Shown piece after piece: positions 17,401-25,574 of a stretch of DNA of 56,856 nt. Source of the stretch: Gemmatimonadaceae bacterium. Its GTDB lineage: Bacteria; Gemmatimonadota; Gemmatimonadetes; Gemmatimonadales; Gemmatimonadaceae. Below the pieces are notes generated by a model. That model saw nothing but the letters and a program-made list of their open reading frames with translations. It had not been told where the DNA came from and searched no databases. Where the stretch lies: the NCBI GenBank assembly GCA_036383935.1, contig DASVNI010000338.1, positions 1 through 56,856 of the forward strand, given 5' to 3'. The translations under genes were made by a program, and so were the position numbers. Each line of letters begins with the position of its first letter. Position 1 is the stretch's first letter.

Positions 17401-17508
17401 GCACTTATCGACCGGCGTTTCCCGCTGGACGTCGCTTGCTCCCAACCGTGAACCGCCGACCGCATTCGAGGTATAGATTTGGCATCCCCCCACGATCCGT
17501 GAGGTCTC

Positions 17509-17790
17509 ATGCCTAGCACCGTCACCTGCGTGCGTTGTGGTCAGACACGCGCCGGTTTTGAACGTCCGCCCTTTCCGGGTCCGATCGGAGCCCGCATCGT
17601 CGAGAGCCTCTGCCAGGAGTGCTGGGGACTCTGGTTGAAACAGCAGACCATGCTGATCAATCACTACGGACTCAACGTCATGGATCCGCAGGCGCGGAGC
17701 TTTCTGACGAAGAACATGGAAGCGTTCCTCTTCAAGAGCGGCGGCGAGGAGGATGTGGATACGTCCAAGAAGGGCACCATCGCATGGTAG
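17509..17790 (+). CDS. yggX: Fe(II)-trafficking / oxidative damage protection protein YggX
   Basis: The 93-aa product contains KQQTMLINHYGLNVMDPQARSFLTKNMEAFLF. This aligns by eye with E. coli YggX (...[32 protein letters not shown]). Confidence 0.85.
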   Translation: MPSTVTCVRCGQTRAGFERPPFPGPIGARIVESLCQECWGLWLKQQTMLINHYGLNVMDPQARSFLTKNMEAFLFKSGGEEDVDTSKKGTIAW

Positions 17791-19697
17791 CGCGCGTCGC
17801 TCGGCTGCTGATCGGGCTTGGCGCCGTCTCGGCGCTCGGTGGCTGCGCCACGTCGGGGGGTGGCACGAAGGTCGGTGCGGCGGCTCCGACTGAAGCTCGA
17901 CCGGCGGCAGTATGGGCCGACTCGGTGCTCGCCACCCTCTCACTCCGCGACAAGGCCGCTCAGATGGTCTGGCCGTGGGTGCTGGGCGACTACACCGCGA
18001 CCGACGACCCGACGTATCAGCGCGTGGTTGGGCTGGTACGCGACCAGCACGTCGGAGGGATCATCATCTCGGTCGGCTCGCCGACGGAGATCGCCAGCAA
18101 GTTGAACGCGCTGCAGCGGATCAGCGCCCTTCCGCTGCTCGTCGGCGCCGACCTGGAGACGGGCGCGGCGTTCCGGGCTCGCGGCGGTTACTTCCTCCCG
18201 AATGCGATCGACCTCGGGGGAGCGACGTGGTTCCCCTATCAGATGGGAATCGGGGCCACACGCGATACGACGTTCGCGTACGAGATGGGTCGCGTCACCG
18301 CGCGAGAGGCCAGAGCGCTTGGCATTCACGTCGCCTTCGCCCCGGTGCTCGACGTCAACAACAATCCGAAGAACCCGGTCATCAGCCTCCGGTCGTTCGG
18401 TGAGAACCCGCAGCTCGTCGCCCAGCTCGGCACGGCGTTCGTGCACGGCATTCAGGACAACGGGATGCTCGCCACCGGTAAGCACTTCCCGGGACATGGC
18501 GACACGGAGCAGAACTCGCATCTCGAGCTCGCGCGCGTCAACGCGTCGGCGGCGCGCCTCGACAGCGTGGAGCTCGTCCCGTTCCGCGCTGCCGTGCGCG
18601 CGGGTGTGCGGGGGATGATGACCTTCCATGGGTCATTGCCCGGCCTGGACACGTCCTCGCTTCCCGCCACGCTCAATCCGCGCATCATGACCGACCTGCT
18701 GCGCGGGAAGCTCGGCTTCCGGGGACTTCTCTTCACCGACGCGCTGGACATGAACGGCGTCCTCGGCAAGATGACCATGGCGGAGGTGACGCAGCTCGCC
18801 GTCCTCGCGGGAAACGATGTGCTCCTCATGCCGACGGACATTCCCGGCGCCATCGACGCGGTGGTCGACGGCGTGCACCGCGGTCGCTTCCCGGAGTCAC
18901 GGATCAACGAGTCGGTCCGCAAACTTTTGGTTGCCAAGCAGGAGATGGGACTCGCGCGCCAGCGGTTCACCGATCTCCAGGCCTTGCGATCGGTCGTCGC
19001 GGACAGCGCCAACCTTGCGGTCGCCCGCCTGGCGGCGGAGCGCGCGATCACGCTCGTGAAGGACTCGCTCGGCTTCGTGCCTTTCGGCCGCATGCCGCGT
19101 GGGTCGCGCATCGTCAGCGTGACGATCGCGCCGCGCACCGACCTGGGCGCAGGTGTCGCCTTCAACGCCGAGCTCACGCGGATTTTTCCGTCGCTGCGCT
19201 CGCTCTCCCTCACGACGGATCAGGTCTTCGACGCGACCGCCGCGGTGGCCGCGCCCGGGCGGAACGCAGCGTACCTCGCGAGTCCCCAGCCGCGGCTCGT
19301 GCCCGCGCTGGTCGAGAATGCGCTGCGTGGCGCGCAGGGCGCGGATCTCGTGATCGTCTCGTCGTATTTCGGGGCGAGCTCCTCGACCTCGCGACTCTCC
19401 GCGCCGGAAGGAATGTCGGATCTGCTCAATGGGCTCCAGAAGGCCGGCACGCGAGTCGTGCTCGCGTCGTTCAGCAATCCGTATCTCGCGCAGGATTTCC
19501 CGTCGATTCCCGCGTACCTCGTCGCGTGGGGGAGCTCGCCCATCGTGCAGCGCGCCGCCGCTCGCGCCTTGCTCGGGCTGGCGCCGGTCGGCGGTCAGCT
19601 TCCGATCACCATCCCATCAGTCGCGCCGTACGGCGCTGGTTTGCGACGCGACGCGTCGCCACCGACCGCTCTACCCGCCGGCTCCGCCACTCCGTAG
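17784..19697 (+). CDS. Glycoside hydrolase family 3 (beta-N-acetylhexosaminidase-like) lipoprotein
   Basis: KHFPGHGDTEQNSH and GFRGLLFTDALDM motifs. Start ATG 17784 overlaps the yggX stop (ATGGTAG). The signal peptide ends in LGGC. Confidence 0.85.
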   Translation: MVARVARLLIGLGAVSALGGCATSGGGTKVGAAAPTEARPAAVWADSVLATLSLRDKAAQMVWPWVLGDYTATDDPTYQRVVGLVRDQHVGGIIISVGSPTEIASKLNALQRISALPLLVGADLETGAAFRARGGYFLPNAIDLGGATWFPYQMGIGATRDTTFAYEMGRVTAREARALGIHVAFAPVLDVNNNPKNPVISLRSFGENPQLVAQLGTAFVHGIQDNGMLATGKHFPGHGDTEQNSHLELARVNASAARLDSVELVPFRAAVRAGVRGMMTFHGSLPGLDTSSLPATLNPRIMTDLLRGKLGFRGLLFTDALDMNGVLGKMTMAEVTQLAVLAGNDVLLMPTDIPGAIDAVVDGVHRGRFPESRINESVRKLLVAKQEMGLARQRFTDLQALRSVVADSANLAVARLAAERAITLVKDSLGFVPFGRMPRGSRIVSVTIAPRTDLGAGVAFNAELTRIFPSLRSLSLTTDQVFDATAAVAAPGRNAAYLASPQPRLVPALVENALRGAQGADLVIVSSYFGASSSTSRLSAPEGMSDLLNGLQKAGTRVVLASFSNPYLAQDFPSIPAYLVAWGSSPIVQRAAARALLGLAPVGGQLPITIPSVAPYGAGLRRDASPPTALPAGSATP

Positions 19698-19759
19698 CGC
19701 ATGATCGCGCGCGCGATCGACACGAGTGGTCACGCTCGCCAGCCCGGTTCTTGCGCGAA

Positions 19760-19794
19760 ACACATGCGTGCGCGTCCGTCACGCACGCATGTGT
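19760..19794 (+). terminator. Hairpin downstream of the GH3 gene
   Basis: Perfect 13-bp stem acacatgcgtgcg / cgcacgcatgtgt with a 9-nt loop. No U-tract. Confidence 0.45.
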
Positions 19795-19913
19795 CAGACC
19801 GGTCACACCGTCCGTTGACGGCGTCACACGTCCACGGTATATCAGCCACACGCGCCGGCGATGAATTCTGGACGAGTTGCTACCAATTCCGATCGGCTGG
19901 CGAGAGCGCGCTA

Positions 19914-19942
19914 TTGACATTAGTGACAATTTGTTACTAATT
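19914..19942 (+). promoter_or_regulatory. Promoter-like TTGACA overlapping a 23-nt near-perfect palindrome (candidate operator)
   Basis: TTGACA at 19914-19919. Palindrome attagtgacaa-t-ttgttactaat (19919-19941) has 10/11 arm positions complementary. ACTAAT lies 16 nt after the -35. The ATG of the next gene is at 19951, so the mRNA would be near-leaderless. Confidence 0.5.
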
Positions 19943-19950
19943 CGCGGCTT

Positions 19951-20649
19951 ATGCGCGAGCGCCTTCCACCCCTGGTAAAGCCGGCGACCCGAAAGATCAC
20001 GCTGGCAATCGACGTGGTGGTACTCTCGCCGCGCGCCGAGACCCTCGCCGTGTTGCTCGCGCGCAGCGCGCCCGGTTCACGGGAGCGGTGGTCCCTGCCG
20101 TGGGATGCGCCACTGCCGGGCGAGGCATTCGAGGATGCGGCGTCCCGGATCACCGAAGCGGCGCTCGGATCCGCCCCCGCGTTGCTCGAGCAGGTGGGCG
20201 CGTTTGCCGATGCGCGACGGCACCCCGGTGACGCCGACGTCTCGGTAGGCGTCGTAGCCCTGACCCCCCCGGCCGAGTTGTCCCCGCTCGCGAGTGCGGA
20301 ATGGTTCTCACTGTCGGCGCTCCCACCTCTGGCACCACGACATCGCGCGATCGTCGATCGCGCCACGACCGTCGTGCGCCAGCGGGTGGATCAGTCGCCG
20401 CTCGCCTTCCGACTGCTGCCCCCGACGTTCACGCTGAGCGATCTGCAGGGGATCTACGAGCTCCTGCTCGGTCGTCGTCTTCACAAGGCGAGCTTCCGTC
20501 GCGCGCTGCAATCCAGTTATCTGGTCGAGCCCACCGACGAGTGGCGGAGCGAGGGCCGTGGGCGCCCCGCGCAGCTTTTCCGCTACGCCCCGCGCAAGCG
20601 GCGGGGTGCCCGGCGCGGGGTTCGGTTCGACCTGTTTACCGAGGGCTGA
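19951..20649 (+). CDS. Nudix-related transcriptional regulator (NrtR-like): degenerate Nudix domain + C-terminal winged helix
   Basis: The Nudix-box remnant GEAFEDAASRITEAALG has RExxEE reduced to RITEAA. The C-terminal FTLSDLQGIYELLLGRRLHKASFRRAL...GRGRPAQLFRY matches my recollection of the NrtR wHTH. Confidence 0.65.
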   Translation: MRERLPPLVKPATRKITLAIDVVVLSPRAETLAVLLARSAPGSRERWSLPWDAPLPGEAFEDAASRITEAALGSAPALLEQVGAFADARRHPGDADVSVGVVALTPPAELSPLASAEWFSLSALPPLAPRHRAIVDRATTVVRQRVDQSPLAFRLLPPTFTLSDLQGIYELLLGRRLHKASFRRALQSSYLVEPTDEWRSEGRGRPAQLFRYAPRKRRGARRGVRFDLFTEG

Positions 20650-20704
20650 CGGGCGAGCGATACCGTCGCGTTACCAGAGCTGGCGGCGCGCCGGGCTTGC
20701 TTCC

Positions 20705-20733
20705 TGGCACATTAGTCGCAATATGTTATTTAG
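20705..20733 (+). promoter_or_regulatory. Second copy of the AT-rich motif, overlapping a sigma-54-like GG-N10-GC element
   Basis: attagtcgcaatatgttatttag (20711-20733) matches the 19919-19941 motif at 17/23 positions. TGGCAC-N5-TCGCA (20705-20720) resembles TGGCAC-N5-TTGCW. Confidence 0.35.
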
Positions 20734-20751
20734 GTCAAATGTGGAGCACCG

Positions 20752-21063
20752 ATGCTCGACTATCTCGATAGCCTGTGCGCCGCGCTGCTGGCCCGGAACG
20801 GCACCGAGATCCGACGTCTCCTACGGCATCCTCTCGCCCGCGCGTTACCGCGGCGCGTGCGAGAGGAAGGCTATGCCATTGCGCGCGCAGGGCCGGAGAG
20901 CCTCCGCGCGCCCGTGCAGACGCTCCATTTCTACCATCAGACGCTGCATCTCCTCGGCGCGCGGCCGGCCAATCGGAGTGAGGCCGGACTGACGGGCGCT
21001 GAGCGCACCAGCGACGAGCGCCAGATCGAGATGCCGCTCCCCCTTCGCGCCGTCAGCGGCTGA
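20752..21063 (+). CDS. Hypothetical protein (103 aa)
   Basis: ATG preceded by GGAG (20743-46, 5-nt spacer). GC3-rich. No motif recognised. Confidence 0.5.
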   Translation: MLDYLDSLCAALLARNGTEIRRLLRHPLARALPRRVREEGYAIARAGPESLRAPVQTLHFYHQTLHLLGARPANRSEAGLTGAERTSDERQIEMPLPLRAVSG

Positions 21064-21070
21064 TCCGCCC

Positions 21071-21418
21071 TCAGTCGGCGCGAGGTCGCGTCGCCTGGAG
21101 CCGGAGAAGGCTCCGCGCCAACGCGGCATTGTCCTGCGCCAGTCGGAACAGCTCCGACATCAGCTCGTCCCGGTCGTCGCCCGCGAGCTCCGCGATCACC
21201 GGAGCGCGATGCCCATATCGCCGTCCCGGATCCACCCGCCGCTCCATCACGACCCGGCCCCGGTGCGGTCGCTTGCCTGGCTCGTCGTCGGCCGATGCGC
21301 GCACCGCGTCCAGCTCGACTTCGACGTAACCGCCGCCTGGCATGGGGCGCCGGTACAGCGAGTTGCCCGACTGACCCTCATGCGTGCCGTGCGCGGCGTC
21401 TTGATGCTGGTCCAGCAT
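21071..21418 (-). CDS. Hypothetical protein (115 aa) downstream of the LigD polymerase gene
   Basis: Internal ATG (aa 43 of ORF 21071..21544), on the same strand as and just after the polymerase gene. No motif recognised, and the start is uncertain. Confidence 0.4.
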   Translation of the reverse strand: MLDQHQDAAHGTHEGQSGNSLYRRPMPGGGYVEVELDAVRASADDEPGKRPHRGRVVMERRVDPGRRYGHRAPVIAELAGDDRDELMSELFRLAQDNAALARSLLRLQATRPRAD

Positions 21419-22466
21419 GTGCTCCTCCAACTCGACTGCGTCTCGTACGTTCGCGTCGCGGCGAGGGCGCCGCGGACACGTCCTGCAACGTCGCCAACGC
21501 GCGTGCGAGCACTCGTGCGCTCGGTCGCGTGGCGATCGCATCACCCCACAGATCTCCGGTGCGCGCCAGGCGCGCCGGCATGCTCTTCACCGTGAACGTC
21601 TCGATCCGCAGTCGACTGGTCAGCTCGCGCTCACGCAGCGGCGCCGACACCGTCGCGGCAGGCTTCGCCCGCACGCTGTACGGAGCCGCCATGCTCTTTC
21701 CGCGCGCATTCTGCAGCGCGTCGACGTAGATGCTCCCCTTCGGGCGCGCCTTGATCCCGCGCTCCAGCGTCGCACGTTCGGGAGCGGCCGCCACGACCGC
21801 TTCGGCGAGTCGAAGCGCCAGAGCGGCAGAGGTCTCGTAGCTCGTCCGAGGTGGAAGCGGGAGCACGATGTGAATTCCACTCGCCCCCGACGTCTTGAGC
21901 GCGACAGTGAGCCCGCATCCCTCCGCGATGCGCGTCACCTCGCGCGCCAGCGCGGCGACGTGCGAGAAGGGCACGTCGTCCCCTGGATCGAGATCGATCA
22001 GGCACCGGTCTGGAGCCTCGACATCAGTCACGCGCGAGAGCCAGGGATGCACCTCGATCGCGCCGAGCTGCACGGTGTAGAGCAGCGTCGGAAGGTCGCC
22101 GCCGATGATGCGCGGCTTCTCGCCGAGATCGGCGGTGTCCAACGCCTCGACGCGCACGACATCCGGCACGTGCTCCCCAGCGCTCTGCTGGAAGAACATC
22201 GGCCCCTCCACGCCGTCCGGATGCCGTTGCAGCACGAGCGCGCGCCCCTCGATCTCCGGCAGCAGCATCGGGGCGACCCGCGTGTAGTAGCGCATCAGGC
22301 CGCCCTTCGTGACGCCCACCTTCGGGAAGAACATCTTCCCCAGGCTCGTCACGCGAAGCGTCTCGCCGCGACTGAACGACAGCTCGCCTTCGCCCCCCTC
22401 ACGCTCGATCGCGCGCAGTTGCGCCTCGACGTCCGCAAAGTCGACGGAGCGACTACGCGGCGTCAT
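21378..22466 (-). CDS. ligD: LigD-type primase-polymerase (NHEJ polymerase domain protein)
   Basis: FPKVGVTKGGLMRYY, LVLQRHPDG, HPWLSRV, DLDPGDDVPF and KTSGASGIHIVLPL. These are the AEP primase-polymerase motifs of LigD-Pol. The start overlaps the ligase stop. Confidence 0.85.
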   Translation of the reverse strand: MTPRSRSVDFADVEAQLRAIEREGGEGELSFSRGETLRVTSLGKMFFPKVGVTKGGLMRYYTRVAPMLLPEIEGRALVLQRHPDGVEGPMFFQQSAGEHVPDVVRVEALDTADLGEKPRIIGGDLPTLLYTVQLGAIEVHPWLSRVTDVEAPDRCLIDLDPGDDVPFSHVAALAREVTRIAEGCGLTVALKTSGASGIHIVLPLPPRTSYETSAALALRLAEAVVAAAPERATLERGIKARPKGSIYVDALQNARGKSMAAPYSVRAKPAATVSAPLRERELTSRLRIETFTVKSMPARLARTGDLWGDAIATRPSARVLARALATLQDVSAAPSPRRERTRRSRVGGAHAGPASRRRARHA

Positions 22467-23508
22467 TCGCGATCTCGCCGGTGCCCCAGCGCTGCATGCT
22501 GACACTCTCGATCGTCACGTCGCGCGCCGACTTGTCATCACGCACGCCGAGGAAGATCGGCTGGCGCAGCCGGCCGTCGGCCGTCCACTCGGCGAACTTC
22601 ACCTCGACGACGACCCGCGGCGCGACCCAGTGCGCAGGCTCGTTGGTTCGCGGCGTCTCCGAGAACGGCGAGGTGCGCCGTTCGATCTTCTCGAGGCGTG
22701 CGCGCATCGCGCGTAATCCCTCGCGATCGAATCCCCCGCCCATGTGCCCCACGTACCGGAGTCGATCCGCCGCGTCGTATGCTCCCAGCAGCAGCGCGCC
22801 GAGAAAGGGCCGCGTCTTCCGCGGCTCGGTGAATCCCCCCACCACGAACTCGGCCCGGAACTGCAGCTTCAATTTCAACCAAGCATCGGAGCGCGCACCG
22901 ACCTGGTAACGTGCGTCCGAGCGCTTGGCGATGATCCCTTCCCATCCAGCGCGCCGCGCCCGGGCCAGCATCGTGGCGCCGCGCACACTCGTCTCGCCGA
23001 GGATGAGGGCCGTATCGCCATCGCTCGCAGCGGCAAAGAGCGCCTCGAGGCGCTCGCGCCGCTCGTGCCACGGCCGATTCATCAGCGAGGCGCGTCCCTC
23101 GCGCAGGAGATCGAACGCCACCAGCGTGGCCGGCGCCTCGACGGCCAGTCGCGTGATCTCTTCGGCGTTCTTCAGATGCATGCGAGCCTGCAACGGCTGA
23201 AATCCGGTCGTCGTCACCGCGTTACTCGTTGCTCTGCGCCGGCGTCGGCGCGCAACGACCTCTCCGTCCAGAACGACTGACGATCCTGCCCGCGAGGCGA
23301 GGGAACGCAGAGCGCCCACCACCTCCGGAAATTGCGCGTGCTTGTCCTTGCCATTCCGGGTCATCAGTCGCACCTGGCGCGACGATGCCTCTGCGATGAC
23401 GCGCATGCCGTCGTACTTGGGCTCGTACGTCCACCCCGCTCCTCTGGGCAGAGCATGACCCAGCGTGGCGTACATCGGCTCGGTGAGCGCCGCGCGCATC
23501 TTCGACAC
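22453..23508 (-). CDS. ligD: ATP-dependent DNA ligase (LigD ligase domain type)
   Basis: Motif I EPKYDGMR, motif III LDGEVV, FDLL, motif V EGIIAKR, then WLKLK. 351 aa. Confidence 0.88.
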   Translation of the reverse strand: MSKMRAALTEPMYATLGHALPRGAGWTYEPKYDGMRVIAEASSRQVRLMTRNGKDKHAQFPEVVGALRSLASRAGSSVVLDGEVVARRRRRRATSNAVTTTGFQPLQARMHLKNAEEITRLAVEAPATLVAFDLLREGRASLMNRPWHERRERLEALFAAASDGDTALILGETSVRGATMLARARRAGWEGIIAKRSDARYQVGARSDAWLKLKLQFRAEFVVGGFTEPRKTRPFLGALLLGAYDAADRLRYVGHMGGGFDREGLRAMRARLEKIERRTSPFSETPRTNEPAHWVAPRVVVEVKFAEWTADGRLRQPIFLGVRDDKSARDVTIESVSMQRWGTGEIANDAA

Positions 23509-23665
23509 GAGGCCATGAGCGGCAAGAGAAGTGCCCGGTCCCGGCCCGGTCGGGCGCCTTGCGCAGCCCTCTGCTCAGCTCGGCGCTCACGCACGAACGC
23601 CCGGGACATTGTCCCGGGCGTCGGCGGAGTTCGAGACGATTCAAGCCCGTCGAGCGGGCATCGAA

Positions 23666-23875
23666 TCAGCCTGTCTTGGTCACATCGGCCGCTTGCGGCC
23701 CCTTCTGACCCTGGACGATCTCGAACTCGACTTTGTCCCCTTCCGCCAGCGACTTGAACCCATTCCCCTGAATGGCGCTGAAGTGCACGAAAACGTCAGG
23801 ACCTCCTTCACGCGAGATGAAACCGAAACCCTTCGCGTCATTGAACCACTTCACCGTGCCGTTGATGCGAGCCAT
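23666..23875 (-). CDS. Cold-shock protein (CSD)
   Basis: [36 protein letters not shown]... with RNP1/RNP2 motifs. Internal ATG of ORF 23666..24061. Confidence 0.93.
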   Translation of the reverse strand: MARINGTVKWFNDAKGFGFISREGGPDVFVHFSAIQGNGFKSLAEGDKVEFEIVQGQKGPQAADVTKTG

Positions 23876-24082
23876 GTACCGTACCTCGTACCGAGCTATG
23901 GAGCCTGATCGCGCGCGCGAGGGGATGGGCCGGTCGCCGGCCGCCGCTCGTCCCACGTGATCCCTGTGATGCCCCGTCGCGCCAATGGTCGGCTCTCGGG
24001 GCGGGACGTTATCCGAGTAAGCGGGCAAGTTTTGTGCACACGTGGACTTGCCGCCGCGCACGACAGGTGTCAGAACGCGAAA

Positions 24083-24104
24083 ACGGGGCCGAAGTCGGCC
24101 CCGT
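24083..24104 (-). terminator. Rho-independent terminator of the zinc-ribbon gene
   Basis: acggggccg / cggccccgt stem with a 4-nt loop. On the minus strand it is followed by TTTCGC. Confidence 0.6.
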
Positions 24105-24153
24105 CTCGCGGTTAGACACTACTGTGATGACCTGCCTCGAAGGTTCTGTCCGT

Positions 24154-24363
24154 TTAGGCGGCGCCTGCGATGTAGCGTGCCACACGGCCGCATTCGCGAC
24201 ACTGCAGGGTGACCTGCGATCGCGGCGGAGGCGGAAAATCGTCAGGAGTTCGTTCGATTTGCCCAGAGCAGCTCGGACAGCTCAGGGGAGAGCCGTTCCG
24301 ATCGTTGGCGATCAGGTGGAGCGCTTGCACTGGGTTATACGTAGCCGGGCGCGGCTTGCGCAT
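24154..24363 (-). CDS. Small zinc-ribbon protein (69 aa)
   Basis: CPSC ... CRECG, two CxxC pairs about 25 aa apart. A terminator lies downstream. Confidence 0.5.
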   Translation of the reverse strand: MRKPRPATYNPVQALHLIANDRNGSPLSCPSCSGQIERTPDDFPPPPRSQVTLQCRECGRVARYIAGAA

Positions 24364-24437
24364 TGGCCCTCCAGAATGTTGTCGAACTACCCGGAGATCG
24401 AGGCGCCGGGCCGCCCTGACTAATAGTAACCCTCTAA

Positions 24438-25178
24438 GTGCCTAAAGCACAGTGGGGCATCGTCTTGCGAACTGGATTGCGCGCTGTCCTCTCTGTCGGG
24501 CTCGGCATGCTGTGCGCCTGTGGACCGCGAGCACACGTTCCACCACGACCAGTGGTCGTGGTTGGTGCGCTTCCCGATTCGGACAGCCTTACCAGACTCG
24601 CGCATAGACTCGCGCCCCTTCTCTACCTCCAGCGCGACGAATGGTTCCCGCTCGACCGCGCCGTCGCGGTCGTCCACCCGACTCGGCCGATCATCGCCTA
24701 CCACCTGCTCTGGCACGACGACGTGCACGGCTCGTGGATCCCTCACACTGTTCCGACCGATGAGGAGATCGTCTGGGTGGGTTACGACCCGAGTGGTGCA
24801 CCGACCGACATCTGGACCTACTGGCACGGCAAGGTGCTGCACGCCGACTGGCGCGATCGGGGAACGCCGGCGATCGACGTGCAGTGGGGCAAACACGGTT
24901 CCCTGCCACGCGGCGTCATCGAGAGCGACCTCCCCCGCTTCCGGACGCTCAACGCTTTCTACGCCTTCCATCAGGTGGCTGTTGTGGACATCCTCCTCGG
25001 ACGCCTCACCCGTCCCGGGCCGTCGGGATTCTTCCACTCCTACGGGCGGTACCGGGACTTCTCTCGTATCCTGCGCCTCACCGACTCGCTCGACGTCGTC
25101 GTCCGAAGCGCCGCGCCGAACGAGGCCCTGGCCGCGGTGTTCGGCAAACCGTACTCCAACAAGGTCCCCTGGCCCTGA
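24438..25178 (+). CDS. Hypothetical lipoprotein
   Basis: The signal peptide ends in LCACG (lipobox). The product is Trp/His-rich and looks globular. There is a weak resemblance to Vps62/DUF946-type proteins (LLYLQRDEWFP). The start codon is uncertain. Confidence 0.6.
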   Translation: MPKAQWGIVLRTGLRAVLSVGLGMLCACGPRAHVPPRPVVVVGALPDSDSLTRLAHRLAPLLYLQRDEWFPLDRAVAVVHPTRPIIAYHLLWHDDVHGSWIPHTVPTDEEIVWVGYDPSGAPTDIWTYWHGKVLHADWRDRGTPAIDVQWGKHGSLPRGVIESDLPRFRTLNAFYAFHQVAVVDILLGRLTRPGPSGFFHSYGRYRDFSRILRLTDSLDVVVRSAAPNEALAAVFGKPYSNKVPWP

Positions 25179-25574
25179 GGGCGCCTGCCATTCAGCGGTT
25201 GCATGTCGTGATGGCGCGCGGCCGCTTCGTGGCTTTCGACGCCTTCGCCGCGAGCGACATCGATTTTGCCGCTGGCCGGTTGCCTCGCGATGCCCCATGT
25301 TGATGTTCGTCGGACACTGGACGAACAGCGCAGCAGCGCCAAACACGACGCTCGACTTTCGAGCGTGAATGCATTCGACGCATCGATTCGATCGCGTCAC
25401 GTGCTCGCGACAACGCGACACGAGTGCATCGACGGACCTGTCTTGACCGCAGCATTGCAGGAGCAGCACTTGTGCAGCGAGATCGCCGGACACGACAGCG
25501 TGCCCGAATCTTGCGCAGAAGTTCACGACTCGCGTAGCACCGAGAGCCAACCAACCGGCAGAGGAGACGCAGCG

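Noticed and set aside
19729-19829. Four GTCAC(G/A)C repeats downstream of the GH3 gene, considered as possible iterons or an operator array.
   Set aside because: The spacings are irregular (49, 24 and 21 nt). Two copies are simply parts of hairpin stems. A 7-mer this GC-rich recurs easily by chance.
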